Assembly: GCF_024521635.1 (NCBI RefSeq) | Contig: NW_026250434.1 | Span: 1 to 64,000 of the forward strand | Origin: Tricharina praecox | Taxonomy: Eukaryota | Direction: 5' to 3' | Length of the DNA: 64,000 nt | Shown here: piece after piece, positions 37,093 to 49,990 of the stretch | How positions within the stretch are numbered: the stretch's first letter is position 1 | How the letters are laid out: every line of letters begins with the position of its first letter | The notes under the pieces: model-generated | The model's database searches: none | What the model was told of the DNA's origin: nothing | What the model saw: the letters and a program-made list of their open reading frames with translations, nothing else | Program-made: the position numbers and the translations under genes

Positions 37093-38699
37093 TCATTCGC
37101 CCAGCCCTTTTAGTGGGGAAGGTTTGCTCTGCTCCCACTTTTGGCTCATCATGCGGATCTTGTCCATGAGATGATCGACGCGGTATCCGCCTCCCGAGCT
37201 GGTCTGTGTCTCCATGTCGATCGTCTGCATCGCCTCCGCCATGACTCGGCCATGAAATGCGTAGTGCTGCTCGATCGCGTGTCGTCCATCGCGCGTCTTT
37301 GCGTTCGGCACTACGTGGCTGCACCGTAGCCCGTCGAGCGTGCATTTCCAGTACGAATCCTCGCTCAACATCGAAAGCCGTGCACCCAAGTTCCTAGTGC
37401 CTTGTCCTGTCGATTTCATGGATCTTTTGGACATCTCTAAGTTTCCACCGCGTCGGTACTCGCTGATGTCGGGCGTCGGAGGAGGGGACTCGGACGGCGA
37501 AGACATTATTTGCCGCTTCAACCGACTTTCACCGGCGACAACGATGGTGTCTGAGTCACATCGCCGTTTCAGCCGTGTTTCGATCGGTGAGGCATCGTCA
37601 AGCACTGGGTAGCTCTCAGGACTTGGGGGTTCGATGGGTATTTCGTTACGGCTCGGCCGCAGGATCGATCGGCCTTTAGACGACACTGTCTTTCCGGTCT
37701 GTTCCTCCAAAGGTTCAGGCGTGCACTCCATGCCATCATCATCATCATCGTCACTCTCGTCGCCGTCTTCTTCGTCGTCTTCCTCTTCGTCTCCGTCATC
37801 GACCGCCGGCGTTTCGAAGGCCGGGTTCCGTTTGGGCTCCAGCCTATCCTTCTTCAAATGTCCGTAAAATATCATGACTTCCAACACCGTTTCCTCGTGC
37901 TCCTGCTGAAAGTGTAAGAAAATCGGTGAACGTTTCCACATCTCCGCGTCGTTCTCGGGTTTCAACATCATGAATAGCAGGAATCGATGATGCGTCTCGA
38001 AGATCTTAGATGCCGCTCTTGCCGTTCGACATTCCGGTTCGACTCCTATGTACTGTTGGTTCCAAATTAGCTTCTCTTCCCTCCGGATCTCGGGCAAAAG
38101 CAATCGATCGCGAGGGTCACTTACATCTTTGAACATGTCCATGACAGTATCCTTCAATGGCTTACCACGCCCATGAAATTTGGCATACCTCTCTCTCATG
38201 AATAGCCATGCGTTCGCCTTCTCGACCAGCGTCGCGAAATGTGCTCGATACTCCGGGGCGGGGGAGATGCGGTACCATGCAGCGCCACCGAGGACCCAGA
38301 TCACCGTCTCCATGACGTCGCTGCCCTTCCGTATTATCTGCTCCATGCTAAACGTAACGACCTTGGGAATGATGATATGCTGCGTGAGGGCATCAGGAGT
38401 GCGCACTGTCACCAACCGCCATCACCGCAATTAGCCACCACGCAAGAAAGCAGGGGACAACACTCGCGACCAGGGAACAGAAAGGCGTAGCTACCGAGTT
38501 TTTTATATTTACGAGGGGTAGGTCCCAATCGCCCCTTAACGCGAAACGGCCCGAATTCGGTCACGTCGAACAGGTTGACGAGCTCTTCCGGATGTCCACG
38601 GCGGAAACGGACAACCGACACGTCGGAGAGCTCAAGGAGTGGCCATTCCTCGACATCTTTATCGGCGGGTCCGGGCAAGAGGGCTTGCGCTTCGAACAT
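37093..38699 (-). CDS. RFTS/DNMT1-RFD-like domain protein with C-terminal zinc-finger-like motif (Raf2/DIM-7-like); 3 exons
   Basis: N-terminal EEWPLLELSDVSV...LVNLFD...GPFRVKGRL...IWVLGGAAWYRISPAPEYRAHF; acidic linker; WKCTLDGLRC...AIEQHYAFH near the C-terminus. No methyltransferase motifs seen. Confidence 0.72.
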
Positions 38700-39666
38700 G
38701 ACGGCTTGGGGTTGGGTTGGCGAGCAGATGGCTGATGGCCGATGGAGATGTCTTGCGAATGCGATGAGATGAGGAAGACAAAGAAGGCTGTGGGTGATTG
38801 TGGACCTTGAAGAGCATGGGTGAGATGCACGTGATGTGCACTTGACACTTCACTACGGTAATCCATGCATAACCTCGATAGGTTACTCGTCCACAACTAG
38901 ATACTTCTTACACAAGTATCATACTTACCAACTACCATCTAACGCCTGTGCCGTACCGGTAGCACTGCGACCTGCTTTTGACAATGAAACCATCAATAGG
39001 TACCTCCGACTTACCAATTATCACCAGGGGGCGGATAGAATGGATAGGAAGCTTTTTGGCGAACCAACTAGGTAGTCACATTCGCGGGCCGCTGATATAC
39101 CTTAAGTACCTATAAATACCACCAGCTCCCATCACAAGATAACTAGACTCTAGACTGCGGAGTTATTTTGCCAAGCATCTCTGGAAGCGTCACCATTCAC
39201 ACATTGTTGCAGAACATACAGAAAAGTACTTCTCCGAAATCTACCGCCAAAAAAAGAGCACATTCAAGCAAGGACCACCTAACGTAGGCAAGAAATGCAC
39301 ATGGGCTGATCAACGTCTGTACTTCAACGGTGGGAACACTTCCCAGTGAGATTGCAAGGCGAAGTTCAATAACTCTCAGACCGCAGCAAACTTGAGTCCA
39401 AAATTTATCCTGGCATTGTGCTGCAGTTTCCAAGACAATCGTGGAACCAATGAAGCCCATGGCGATAGGAAGCACTCAGCCGCTGCACTTGAGCCCCACC
39501 CGTCTGCGTGCAGGTAGACTGCTTCTATCTTCACGTTGCTTCCTCTGAATATATCTTATCGTTAGATCCCCTCAGCAGTTTTCATTACCACCATTTACCT
39601 ACTCCGAGAATCACGCCTATTCCAACTAAATTACTAAACGACTTCGAAGGTGATAAAGGTGGAAAG

Positions 39667-42600
39667 ATGGCAGGAAACGAGTAGGTGCATAGGTGCATGG
39701 CCGCGCCCCACACCGAGCTGATTAGCACAGTGGACAAGCCAACCTCAAGGCCGCTCTTCGCGAATTTCATGGACTACTAAGTCCACAGGAATTCTCAGAA
39801 CTGTTGCGATTCTCGGGACCATCGGCATCAAGTGTTGTCGAACTCACTGCGATCATCGATGGGAAAAAGCCGAAGCACAAGTACGGCAGCCGGAGAATCC
39901 AGAAATTCCTGCAGTCACTCCAGCAGTTTACTACGATAGTCGACACTTTCGTTTCAGCGGAGCCAAAGATCTCCGCTTTGGTATGGGGCAGCGTCAAGCT
40001 GGTTATACTGGTATATATTCGAGCTCAAACTTGGTTCAAATAGCTATAGCAGATTCAGTACTGACACCTACTTGTGCCAGATGGCCATGAATCTCTGGGA
40101 CTACTTCGACAAGCTCTCCGAGATGTACCAGCGGCTTGGAGAACTATGCCCCGTCTTCGATAGGATCCAAAAGCTCTACCCCAGCTCTGCCGAACTTTGT
40201 GATGCCGTTTGCGCATTCTACTCCACTGTCATCTGTTTCTGCACCAAGGCTCTTGCGTTTCTCAGGACTAATGGTGGGTTCGACGTTTCTTTGTCAACTC
40301 TCCTATATGAATGAGAACTGGATTGACCCTGCGTGTGTGAAGGCCTGCGGGCGATGTGGAAACCGTTCAAAGCCCAATTTCCGGATTTGGAGAACCGCCT
40401 TCGTGATCAATCCGAAACAATTGACCGAGAGCTTACCATCGCGTCCGAGACTGCTGCACTACGGGATCGACAAGCCGGCATTTTGTATCGTACCGAGGGA
40501 ACTAGACTTCGGGCCATCGAATCGGAACACCGGGCAGAATCCCGAGAATGGAGGTTGCAACAGGATATCAAGGAAAAGGGTGAGATCAAGCATGCAAGTG
40601 GGTAAACTGAAACTGACATCCGACCGCATCTTCAAGAGAAAAAGCGCCATCGACTATTAGAGAAAATATCGGATTACAACCACAGGAGCACTTTCCTGAG
40701 AGCTCGCTCCCAACGCCACCCGGGTACCGGTCAATGGTTATCAACAACTCCCGTTTTCCAAAAATGGTTCGAAGGAGACTGCTCGAGTGGATTGTGGTGT
40801 TATGGAATCCGTAAGTGTTACCCTATTTCTCGCGCACTTCTTTAGGCATTATAAGTTATCTAAAGTACATGATATCAGCTGGATCTGGGAAATCTACACT
40901 TGTGACCGGTGTCATCGATTATATCTTCTCACAGCAGGGCCAGACACCCAGCATGATATGCTATTTCTTCTGCGACTTTGCTATCCGCCAGTCTTTGGAA
41001 ATACGCACCGTCCTGAGTAGCTTCATCAAGCAAATTTTGACTGTGTTTACCAAGACACCCCAGGACCTCGAAGACGGGCTAGCGAGAGACTTCGGTGCTC
41101 TAGACGTCGAGCCAACGATGGATCAACTGTATGAAACCCTGGTGAAAGTGGCGCAGCTTCCTGCGAATACATATTTCATCGTCGACGGGTTGGACGAGTG
41201 CAGTGATCACGAGCGACGGCGCTTGTTACTCTACCTGCGGAAACTCACCACGATTCGAAAGAACGGAATCAAGGTCCTTATTTCCAGTCGTGAGGATGGC
41301 GACATATCTCAATCGGTGGAGAAATTCTTCAAGATATCGTTGGACTCTTCTCAACAGTCCACGGATATCGGAGTTTTCGTGAAAGCGGAGTTGCAGACAA
41401 GAGTGGAAGAAGGAAACTTGGTTGTGGGGAAACCATCCATGATACAAGAGATACAAGACGCCCTGGTTCGCGGATCGGATGGAATGTATGTACATATCCC
41501 TCCTCGAAAAGGCTGTTGATTCGAACTAACCCCGAGGCGGTAACTAGGTTCTTGTGGGTGACATTACAGCTCAACGAAATTTGCGATGAAAACAACGACA
41601 ACGACATCCGCAAGGTGCTTCGGTCTCTGCCACTAGGCTTGAACGAAACATATGCTCGGATTCTGAAGAAGATATTCTCACAAAGGAAACCCGACATAGC
41701 CAAAAAGATCCTTACGTGGGTTGCCGGCGCGAGGCGACCTTTATCGTTAGATGAGCTGACTGAAGCAATCTCTCTCGAACCCACCGATACGCTATGGGCT
41801 CAGTGCCGTTGTCGCCTTCCAAATAGCAAACTTAGGATGATCCAGAATTGTGGGAGCTTACTCACAGTGGCACATACTGAGACTGGCGATATCGTTCAGT
41901 TCGCACACTACACTGTTGTAGAATTCTTGCAGTCTACAGCAGCGAGCTCGGACTTTCAGATACTCCTCCGCAAGGTGAATATACATATCGCCAGGATCTG
42001 CCTTATGTATCTGAGTCTCCCCGATTTCGAGACCCAGATCGCGGCTGTGCCAAAGAAATCGGCACTCGAGACGTCGCCCGCTCGGTGGATACCGTGGATG
42101 GTCCAATCCAATCCGGCAACAAGAGTTATATGGAACGCTGCAACGGAAGTAATTTGGGGAAGGTCCAAGGTACCGGCAGTGGATGTTCAAGCCTTACTTC
42201 AATCTACCATGAAACTCCACTCACAACGGGATACCCTCAAACGCCAGTATCGTCTCCTTAAATATGTCGCCACGTACTGGCTCGATCACTGTTCCGAGGT
42301 CTCGCCAGACAGCCAGGACGACGGCGGAAGGACTTGGAAGCTATTCACGGAATTAACGCTACGCAAATCGCACCTCGGGGACATACCTTGGCTAGGGGAG
42401 AATCCTGACGGACCCCATTATGCTACACAGTTCCACTGGTGCATGAAGAACGGCCACTCAGCTTTACTCAGATTGATTATGGACGAAGTAGGAACGGGGT
42501 TTACTACATACGATAATCTTTTCGGACCAAGCCCTGAAGCCTTTCGCCGATCCTGCTCACTTGGTCATGGGACGCTTGTGGGACTGTACCTAGACCGATA

Positions 42601-43645
42601 TCGTAAACTCTGCGATAGAGACGGATCGATTCATCATGCCGTAGCGAAAGGTCACGTAGGCGTGGTTGAACAGCTTCTGAAAGCCGGTGCCGATGTCCAC
42701 GCAGCAGATTACAATGGTTTGACTACACTCCATTACGCTGCCCGCGAAGGTCACTTGAATATTGTTGAGCAGCTTCTAGAAGCCGGTGCCGATGTTCACG
42801 CAGAAGATAACAGTCGGTGGACTGCACTCCATTGCGCTGCCGGTACAGGCCACCCGAATATTGTTGGGCGGCTTCTGGAAGCCGGTGCCGATGTCCACGC
42901 AGAAGATCACAATGGTTTGACTACACTCCATCACGCTGCCAGTGGAGGCCACCCGAATGTAGTTGAAAAGCTTCTGGAAGCCGGTGCCAATGTTTACGCA
43001 GCAAATATCTGTCAGTGGACTGCACTCCATTACGCTGCCCACGAATGTCACCCGGATGTTGCTGAGCGGCTTCTAAAAGCCGGTGCCGATGTCCACGCAG
43101 TAGATGAAGATCGACTGACTGCACTCCATTACGCTGCCCGTGAAGGCCACCCGGATGTTGCTGGGCGGCTTCTAAAAGCCGGTGCCGATGTTCACGCAGA
43201 AGATTCTAGTCAGTTGACTGCACTCCATTACGCTGCCCGTGGAGACCACCTAGATATTGTTGAGCGGCTTCTGGAAGCCGGTGCCGATGTTCACGCAGTA
43301 GATAGAGTTCAATCGACTGTACTCCATTACGCTGCCCGTGAAGGCCACCTGGATATTGTTGGACGGCTTCTGGAAGCCAGTGCCGATGTTCACGAAGTAG
43401 ATATATATCGGTCGACTGCACTCCATTACGCTGCCCGCGGAGGTTACCTGAATGTGGCTGAGCGGCTTCTAAAAGCCGGTGCCGATATCAATGTAGAAAA
43501 TGGACATGGCGAAACTCCATACAAAGCCGCTATACAGAAGGGACACACCGACGTGAGTAAACTACTATTAAAACCCGGTTGCAATAAAAAAACCTCCCGT
43601 TGGAGCACATTAAGCGTAAAAGCGGTACGAAACGATGAATCCTGA
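39667..43645 (+). CDS. NLR-like STAND protein: N-terminal helical domain, NACHT NTPase and ankyrin repeats; about 7 exons
   Basis: Walker A split by an intron (WCYGIP|GSGKST), Walker B FIVDGLDEC, VLISSR, GM|FLWVTLQL, LPLGLNETYARIL, ARRPLSLDELTEAI, VQFAHYTVVEFL, and about 10 ankyrin repeats. All junctions checked are in phase. Confidence 0.93.
42630..43560 (+). repeat. Tandem 99-bp ankyrin-coding repeats
   Basis: The core GCCGGTGCCGATGT (small variants) recurs at 42683, 42782, 42881, 42980, 43079, 43178, 43277, 43376 and 43475, exactly every 99 bp. Confidence 0.95.
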
Positions 43646-46114
43646 TAACCGGTATGTCGGGGGATCTTCATATTGGTGAGCGCCGGTGTTACTTGGAACG
43701 GTGTTTGGATGCTGCTGTGGGATTGTGGGTGTTTCCGCCATTCTTGGGATTTATGGTAGTACATCTTCATCTTTTACTTTCCTTTGATGGGTGGGATGGA
43801 TGCAAGTGTGAGGATACGGAGGATTTCTGATGGATTCTCTATGTACGTGTTGATGTTTCGCGTCTGCTCTCGATTCTTGTGATGGCTATCGTGTGGAGGG
43901 TTTCATTTCCTTTATACATATGTACACTGCACTGTATTTATTCCTGGCGAGCATCTTCACTTCGGCATTGCGGGAGGGAATGTCTCTAGCTGCGTCCGCG
44001 GCTATCTTCCTACTGGAGTAACGGCGATGATCCAAGGTATGTAGGTGGATATCCTTCCATCAGTTGGCGGCGGGGTCCGATACTTCCAGCAACCTTTGCT
44101 GACTCCGTATTCAGCGTGGAGACTACCACTATCGGGCTAGAAGACAGGGAAAGGGTTCCTACGTTTCATCGTTATAGAGCTTTTCGATCGAACATCATTC
44201 CGGACCGAAGCGTAATGACAGCTATGCAAGTGCCGTGCACGGGTCAGGATTGTAGGCGGAGATTTGAGTCGAGGAATGGATGGATCTTGGGATAGGTTCC
44301 GGTGCGGTAGGGGATTATTATTCACTTGGGTATTTTACGGGGGAGTATAGCGTTTGTTTTCGAGCTGGCGAATTTAATCCCGGCGATTTTCAGTCCAAAG
44401 TCCCTGGTGATGAATTCATAGGTCTTGGTGCTGTTCATAGTAAATCACTCGCATTAACGCTCTCCCGATTTTTTTTGGGAATAGTGATGAATATACAGTC
44501 AATTATATTGCCTTGCGTGCTAAAGGGAAACGAGTCTGACGGCTATGATATGTAGATACTCGCATGAAGACTCGACACTGCCAAGTAAAAGCAATAGAAC
44601 AAGCAATAGCGTGACTGAAGCATGACGAGTGATATATCACAACATCCACACAATATCAGGGAAGATGCCACAGTTTCCCACGGTACTTTAGAGCATAAGA
44701 ATCGTTACTTCGTGCCGATTTAGACCACTGGAAATATTGTTCGGATTTATCTCCATATTTTGCAGTTTTATTTACAGGCATACCGTGTCCCCCGAGAGGG
44801 ATGGCTGACTTGGGGGCCTGAGACGGTGGTTAGACAGCTGGAACATGATAGGACAGGGTCAGGGCAGTGAAATGGCTAGCTAAGTTGGTAGCCCATTCTC
44901 CTACTACCGGCTTCTAGTCTTCGGTAAAGCTTAGAGTAGGCACCGGCGCCATGTAGTAGCACTTGCACGACAGCCCGTTCCATATATAAATCTGTTATAT
45001 TGTGCCATCGGGTTTCTTTGCTTGTGGGTTCGCTTCTTCACCCTTTGCCCCTCGGGAAGAAATGGACTTCGTTAATAACTGCTCCTGTTTGGTGATCACT
45101 TGCGGGCCCTGTGAAGTCTGTTCCGGGGCTTTCTTCAAAGTGCCATATTCCGGCGTCAAAAACGCCAGGTATTTCGGACACCGGGGCATGCCGCTGGTCT
45201 GGACTATGGCGATGTACCCACTCTTCCTGATCCTGTCTGCAGTTCTGGTAATGGGCTGAACACCGGGGAATTTCTACCCGGTACAACGAGGATGAACAAT
45301 GTACCTATACGAGTGATAACAACCACACAAAGACAATTTACACTTCCTCACCTTCCAGCCCTACTCCTCCCATCAACACAAACACAGACCCTGAAAATTT
45401 CCCCTCGCTGCACTTTCGACAGTCCCATACTCCCATACTGAAGCGGTTTCAAAAGTAGTTTCTAGTTATGTCACGTGATACCTCTACGATGCAACTGGTG
45501 TGTGACGTTGTCATGGCAACCACACCATCAAATTGAAAGCACATCGTTCTTCAAGATGCGGCAGCAGCCCATCAACGAATCTAACATTCTTCTATTGTGC
45601 TAACTACTCTAGTCGTTTGAAGCCTCCAAACCATGAGCAAAGCAAAGCAACCACGCCGGCCTATGGAACAATCCCCGGTCAGGAAGTTTTGGAAACGGTT
45701 GGAATCTATCAGGACAGTCTCCGTGTGAACTCGGTGTGCACATAGAATTGTGGATTGATTGCGGCGCACAACGGTGGAGACTTGTGTTGCGTGTAAGAAG
45801 ATCAATTCCGAAAGTCGATGCCGCCGTGCCCTGACTTAATTATATTTACTCTACCTCAAAAAGGGTCTCAGTGATGTGTCTCCAATAGAATGCGTGAACG
45901 CGGGCCGCGTCGTACTGTTAGAGTATACAGTGGCGGGGTTAGGGCCCGCCACGCAATTGAAACAAAGCGTTTGTCATCTCTCCTGAAACGAACTTACGAC
46001 GACAAGCACGACACAACGACGGAGCTCTAGCAAGCTTCTAAAAAAAAAGCCTACAACACCCAAACACCACCACCACCGACACCACATACACCGCTACCAT
46101 CCGAAGAAACATCT

Positions 46115-47888
46115 ATGCTACGCCGGAAACTTCTGGCCGTCGTGTTGGGTGCGGCCTTTGTTGCTGCCAACGAATTTGCCCTGGTATGTGCGCCGAGAGA
46201 GGCGGAGATGGTCCCCCCGCCACGCATACGCGGCTCTCCCGGCTGTTACTGACGAGCTATTCCGAACCCATCAGAACACGGGCGATGAACAGCAGCAATG
46301 TGCGGGAATGTATAACAAGGCTGCATGGGGCGGCACCATCGATCCGGGAATCACTGTGCGATTCACACCGTCGGAGAGCCACGACGATATCGTCAGCCTG
46401 GTGATTTTCGAGTTTGAGGACGAGCCGTATCTCGGCCGCTTCACATCGCCCGATGACCGCCGCGAGAAGTCTTACATCTGCACACCCGAGAACGTCAAGG
46501 CTAGCCTGTGCCGTGCGGGGCATGAAGGGGAGTTCATCCTGGCGGCGAATACGAATACTACCAGTCGCGGGAGCATCTTCACCAAGGCTGTTCACCTTGC
46601 CGATAAGACACCCATCTACTATCCTATCAAGCGTACCGGATACTATTGCGTCTGGACGGTGGCGTATTCGCCGGCCGACGCGGAGAAGGAATTCACGGGT
46701 GTCGTTACGTTCCAGAATACCTACGGCGAGCTACCGGCGAGTCAGATTCCCAAGCTGGCGTTCTACGGCGGACTCACGATTGTGTACGCGGTTGTCGGAG
46801 CGCTGTGGGCGTTCCTGTACGTGCAGCACCGCCACGACATCCTCCCGGTGCAGAACTACATCACAGCGATCGTCATTTTCCTGATACTCGAGATGGCTAT
46901 CACCTGGGTCTTTTACGACTACGAGAACCGCCACGGCAAAAACACTTTCTCCAAGTTTCTGATGACTCTCGTGGCAGTCCTCAATGCCGGCCGGAATTCA
47001 TTCTCGTTCTTCCTCCTGCTGATCGTATGCATGGGCTACGGCGTCGTCAAGCCCTCCCTCGGAGCACTGATGAAATACGTCCGCATCCTAGCCATCCTGC
47101 ACTTCGTATTTGGCGTCGTATACGCCGTCGCGTCCCTCACCATCACACCGGAGAACGCGGGACCCTTCGTAATGCTCGTGATCCTCCCTCTCGCCGCCAC
47201 CCTCACGGCCTTCTACGTCTGGACCCTCAACTCGCTCAAGCTCACGATGAAAGAGCTCGAGGAGCGCAAGCAGCACCAGAAAGGCCTGATGTACCGCCGG
47301 CTGTGGTGGTGTCTCCTGACCAGCATCTTCGTGATCTTCGGCTTTTTCTTCCTGAACTCGCTCACCTTCGCCGGCCACTCGTCGCCCGACTTCGTGCCCA
47401 CGCACTGGAAGACGCGGTGGTTCGTGCTCGACGGATGGCTCAACCTCGTGTACCTCACCGATCTGGCGGTCATCGCATACCTGTGGCGGCCTACGGCTAA
47501 TAATCGCCGCTTTGCCATGAGTGACGAGTTGGCGCAGGATGAGGACGGCGGCTTCGAGATCGCGAGCATCGGTGGTGGAAGCGAACTCGACGAGGACGAG
47601 GATCTGGCAAGGAGGGATAAGGATCTGGAGGCGCAGGCGGGATTGAGGTCCATGGCGCTGCAGGGAGAGGGTAGTGCTGCCAGGCCGACGCCTCCGCCGG
47701 CTGCGCCAGCGACGAACACAAACAGGGGTCGGCCGAGCGTCGATGAGCCAATCTTTGAGGTTGGCGAGGGTGATGGGTGGAGTGATGGTGAGGTCATGAG
47801 CGATGAGGAGAGCAGTAGTGATGAGGAGGGGAAGAAGAAGAAGGGCACCGAGACAACACGGTTGACTGGTGGTAAGAAAGCAGAGTGA
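46115..47888 (+). CDS. PTM1: Lung seven-transmembrane receptor family protein (PTM1/TMEM87-like); 2 exons
   Basis: Signal peptide exon 46115-46183; luminal CAGMY...; GELPASQIPKLAFYG, DILPVQNYI, RNSFSFFLLLIVCMGYGVVKP, WFVLDGW and WRPTANNRRFAMSDELAQD. Confidence 0.9.
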
Positions 47889-48110
47889 AGGGGATTACAT
47901 TGAGTTGAGATGAGATGAGACGGTTAGCGAGGCGGAAAGGCATGTGTTTCATTTGTTGCACGAGCACATCCTTCTATGGGGTTTTTTTTTTCATATTCTT
48001 TGGCTGTATTTCATTGTACCAATTGCGCGTCTGTGGTCTTCTGTTTGGTATCTACGCGATACTCGTAGTGAGCGAGCGAGCTTGGCTGCAATCAAGTTTC
48101 CCGTGAAGAC

Positions 48111-48683
48111 TCATCCAGCCGTCGCTTTCGGCCGTCCGACCAAACTCCGCGCACACCCCACGATCAGCATCTCGGGCCCCACCACGCCCTCCCCAGCACG
48201 CGCAACCGCCGCCCTAATCCTCCGCACAACCGCCTTATTGCACGTAACCGTCGTCACGCCCATCGCCCATCCCGTCACAAACACCGCACGACTAAGCGTA
48301 TCCTCCCCCAATCTCCCCACAACCGCCACGTAGACCTCCGGATCGCCCTCACACAGGACGTGATCCTCAACAACGTTTACTGGCAGCCGCAGCCCCTCCA
48401 GCCCGGGCACCTCCCCCGAAAACATTCCCTGTGCCCTAGCCGCTTCACTCTCCGACGCCAGCCCGGCAACGATGGCGAGGAACCGGTCGCGGGCAGCCGC
48501 GCACACGATCAGCGGGCGGTCCTGCAGCAGCACCACCAGGCGCGGTAGCAGCGCGTCGTCCTCTTCGTCTTGCATCTGTCGCGCGAGCGCCGGATGCACT
48601 TCGTGTATTGTGCGCGCGCAGCTGCAGTGCGTGATGTCGCTTGCGAGCGCGAGGAGGACGGTCGTGTCGAGGTTCTGCGTCAT
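48111..48683 (-). CDS. DUF1308-like (C7orf25/UPF0415 C-terminal, PIN-like) domain protein
   Basis: NLDTTVLLALASDITH...ALARQMQDEE...ARDRFLAIV...SEAARA...VFVTGWAMGVTTVTCN...ARSLVG matches the recalled family pattern. Confidence 0.68.
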   Translation of the reverse strand: MTQNLDTTVLLALASDITHCSCARTIHEVHPALARQMQDEEDDALLPRLVVLLQDRPLIVCAAARDRFLAIVAGLASESEAARAQGMFSGEVPGLEGLRLPVNVVEDHVLCEGDPEVYVAVVGRLGEDTLSRAVFVTGWAMGVTTVTCNKAVVRRIRAAVARAGEGVVGPEMLIVGCARSLVGRPKATAG

Positions 48684-48781
48684 TGCTCTCTGTGTTGGTG
48701 TGTGTGGATGTGGGTGGGTAGCTGGTAAAGAGGTGGGGCGAGACTAACATAATGCCCGGCGGTGGTTAATATCCATCGAAT

Positions 48782-48897
48782 GGTCACATGGTGTAATGGT
48801 TAGCACGTCGGATTTTGATTCACCCTGGCAACAGGGCAAAAACCGCGGATCGAAGAAATTCCTTCCGGAGATCTGGGTTCGATTCCCAGTGAGACCT
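48782..48897 (+). tRNA. tRNA-Gln (anticodon TTG) with a 44-nt intron (approx. 48819-48862)
   Basis: GGTCACATGGTGTAATGGTTAGCACGTCGGA-TT-TTG-A[intron]TTCCGGAGATCTGGGTTCGATTCCCAGTGAGACCT; A/B boxes; T-run terminator near 48925. Confidence 0.93.
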
Positions 48898-49337
48898 TCT
48901 GAGTTCACAGCTCAGGCTGTGAGAGTTTTTGTTTTGCTGCATCCATGGCATGCTATGGAAAGATGGATGCAATTTTTCATACGGGATGAGTGCTCCTTCG
49001 AGAGACAGAGGCCGAAGCCTGTCGGTAAAGCGATTTTGGGATGTGGTGAGTGATGTGCTGTGAAAATCTTTACCAACATTCAGACCTGAAGTATCGCGGT
49101 TATGAAGGATTGGCGGGAAATATGGAAGCAAACAATCGACGTAAAGCTCCTCTCACTGTGCATGAATTATACCACAATCCTCAACGACACCATACCACCC
49201 TGGCACTCCCGAGAATTTACACGAGTCCCACATCCACACCCGCATATCACTCGATTTCGCTCCAGTTTCAATTCACCACCATGCACCCACCCCAGCCTTC
49301 CCCACCCCTCCCCTCCCTCTTCGATCTCAACTCCCCA

Positions 49338-49990
49338 TTACGTCTCCACAAACGTCATATACTCCTTCTCACCCATCAATCCCTCCGCCTCCAGGGCCTT
49401 AACCCCCCCTTCAACCTTAACCTTAACGATCCACCCCTCGCCCTCCGGCGCCCGGTTGATCGTTCCCGGCTTCTCGTTGAGCGCCGCATTGACCTCAACA
49501 ATCTCCCCGTCGACGGGGGATAGGATGTCGCTGGCAGACTTGACGCTCTCGACGGCACCCACGGGCTCGCCGGTCGTTGCGGCGGAAGGCACCTCAGGAA
49601 GCTCGACGTACACCACGTCTCCGAGCGCGGAGGCCGCGTACGTCGTTATGCCAATTGTCGCTGCAGGCGGGGGGGTTAGTAGTGGTGGGAGTGTGAGGGG
49701 TGGAAGGGAGGGGGAGCGTGGTGCAAACCGATGTTGGAGTCGGACGCGGTGTCGAGGCTGATCCACTCGTGGTCTGAGGTGTATTTCTTGACAATCTCTG
49801 CGATTGCGGTTTGCGTCAGCCTGTCTGCCGGTCGTGTTACTTCAGGGTGTGCCGTTCAAGGTGATGTACCATTAAGGTTACTTGTTCCCGCGAAGCCGCG
49901 GGTAAGTCTTGGGACGGCGACGATTCGGGGGGCAGCGGCGACGGCGAGGCGCGGGGCCGCGCGAAGGATGGTACGCGCGAAGGAGGCCAT
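49338..49990 (-). CDS. GCV3: Glycine cleavage system H protein; multi-exon
   Basis: Mitochondrial presequence; KKYTSDHEWI; IGITTYAASALGDVVYVELP; lipoyl motif VESVKSASDI; INRAPEGEGWI. Confidence 0.96.

Noticed and set aside
43650..46100. Effector or amyloid partner gene next to the NLR (short ORFs at about 44.3-45.8 kb)
   Set aside because: Only short ORFs with no HeLo, HET, gasdermin or amyloid motif that I can recognise, and no consistent splice model. A decayed gene cannot be excluded.
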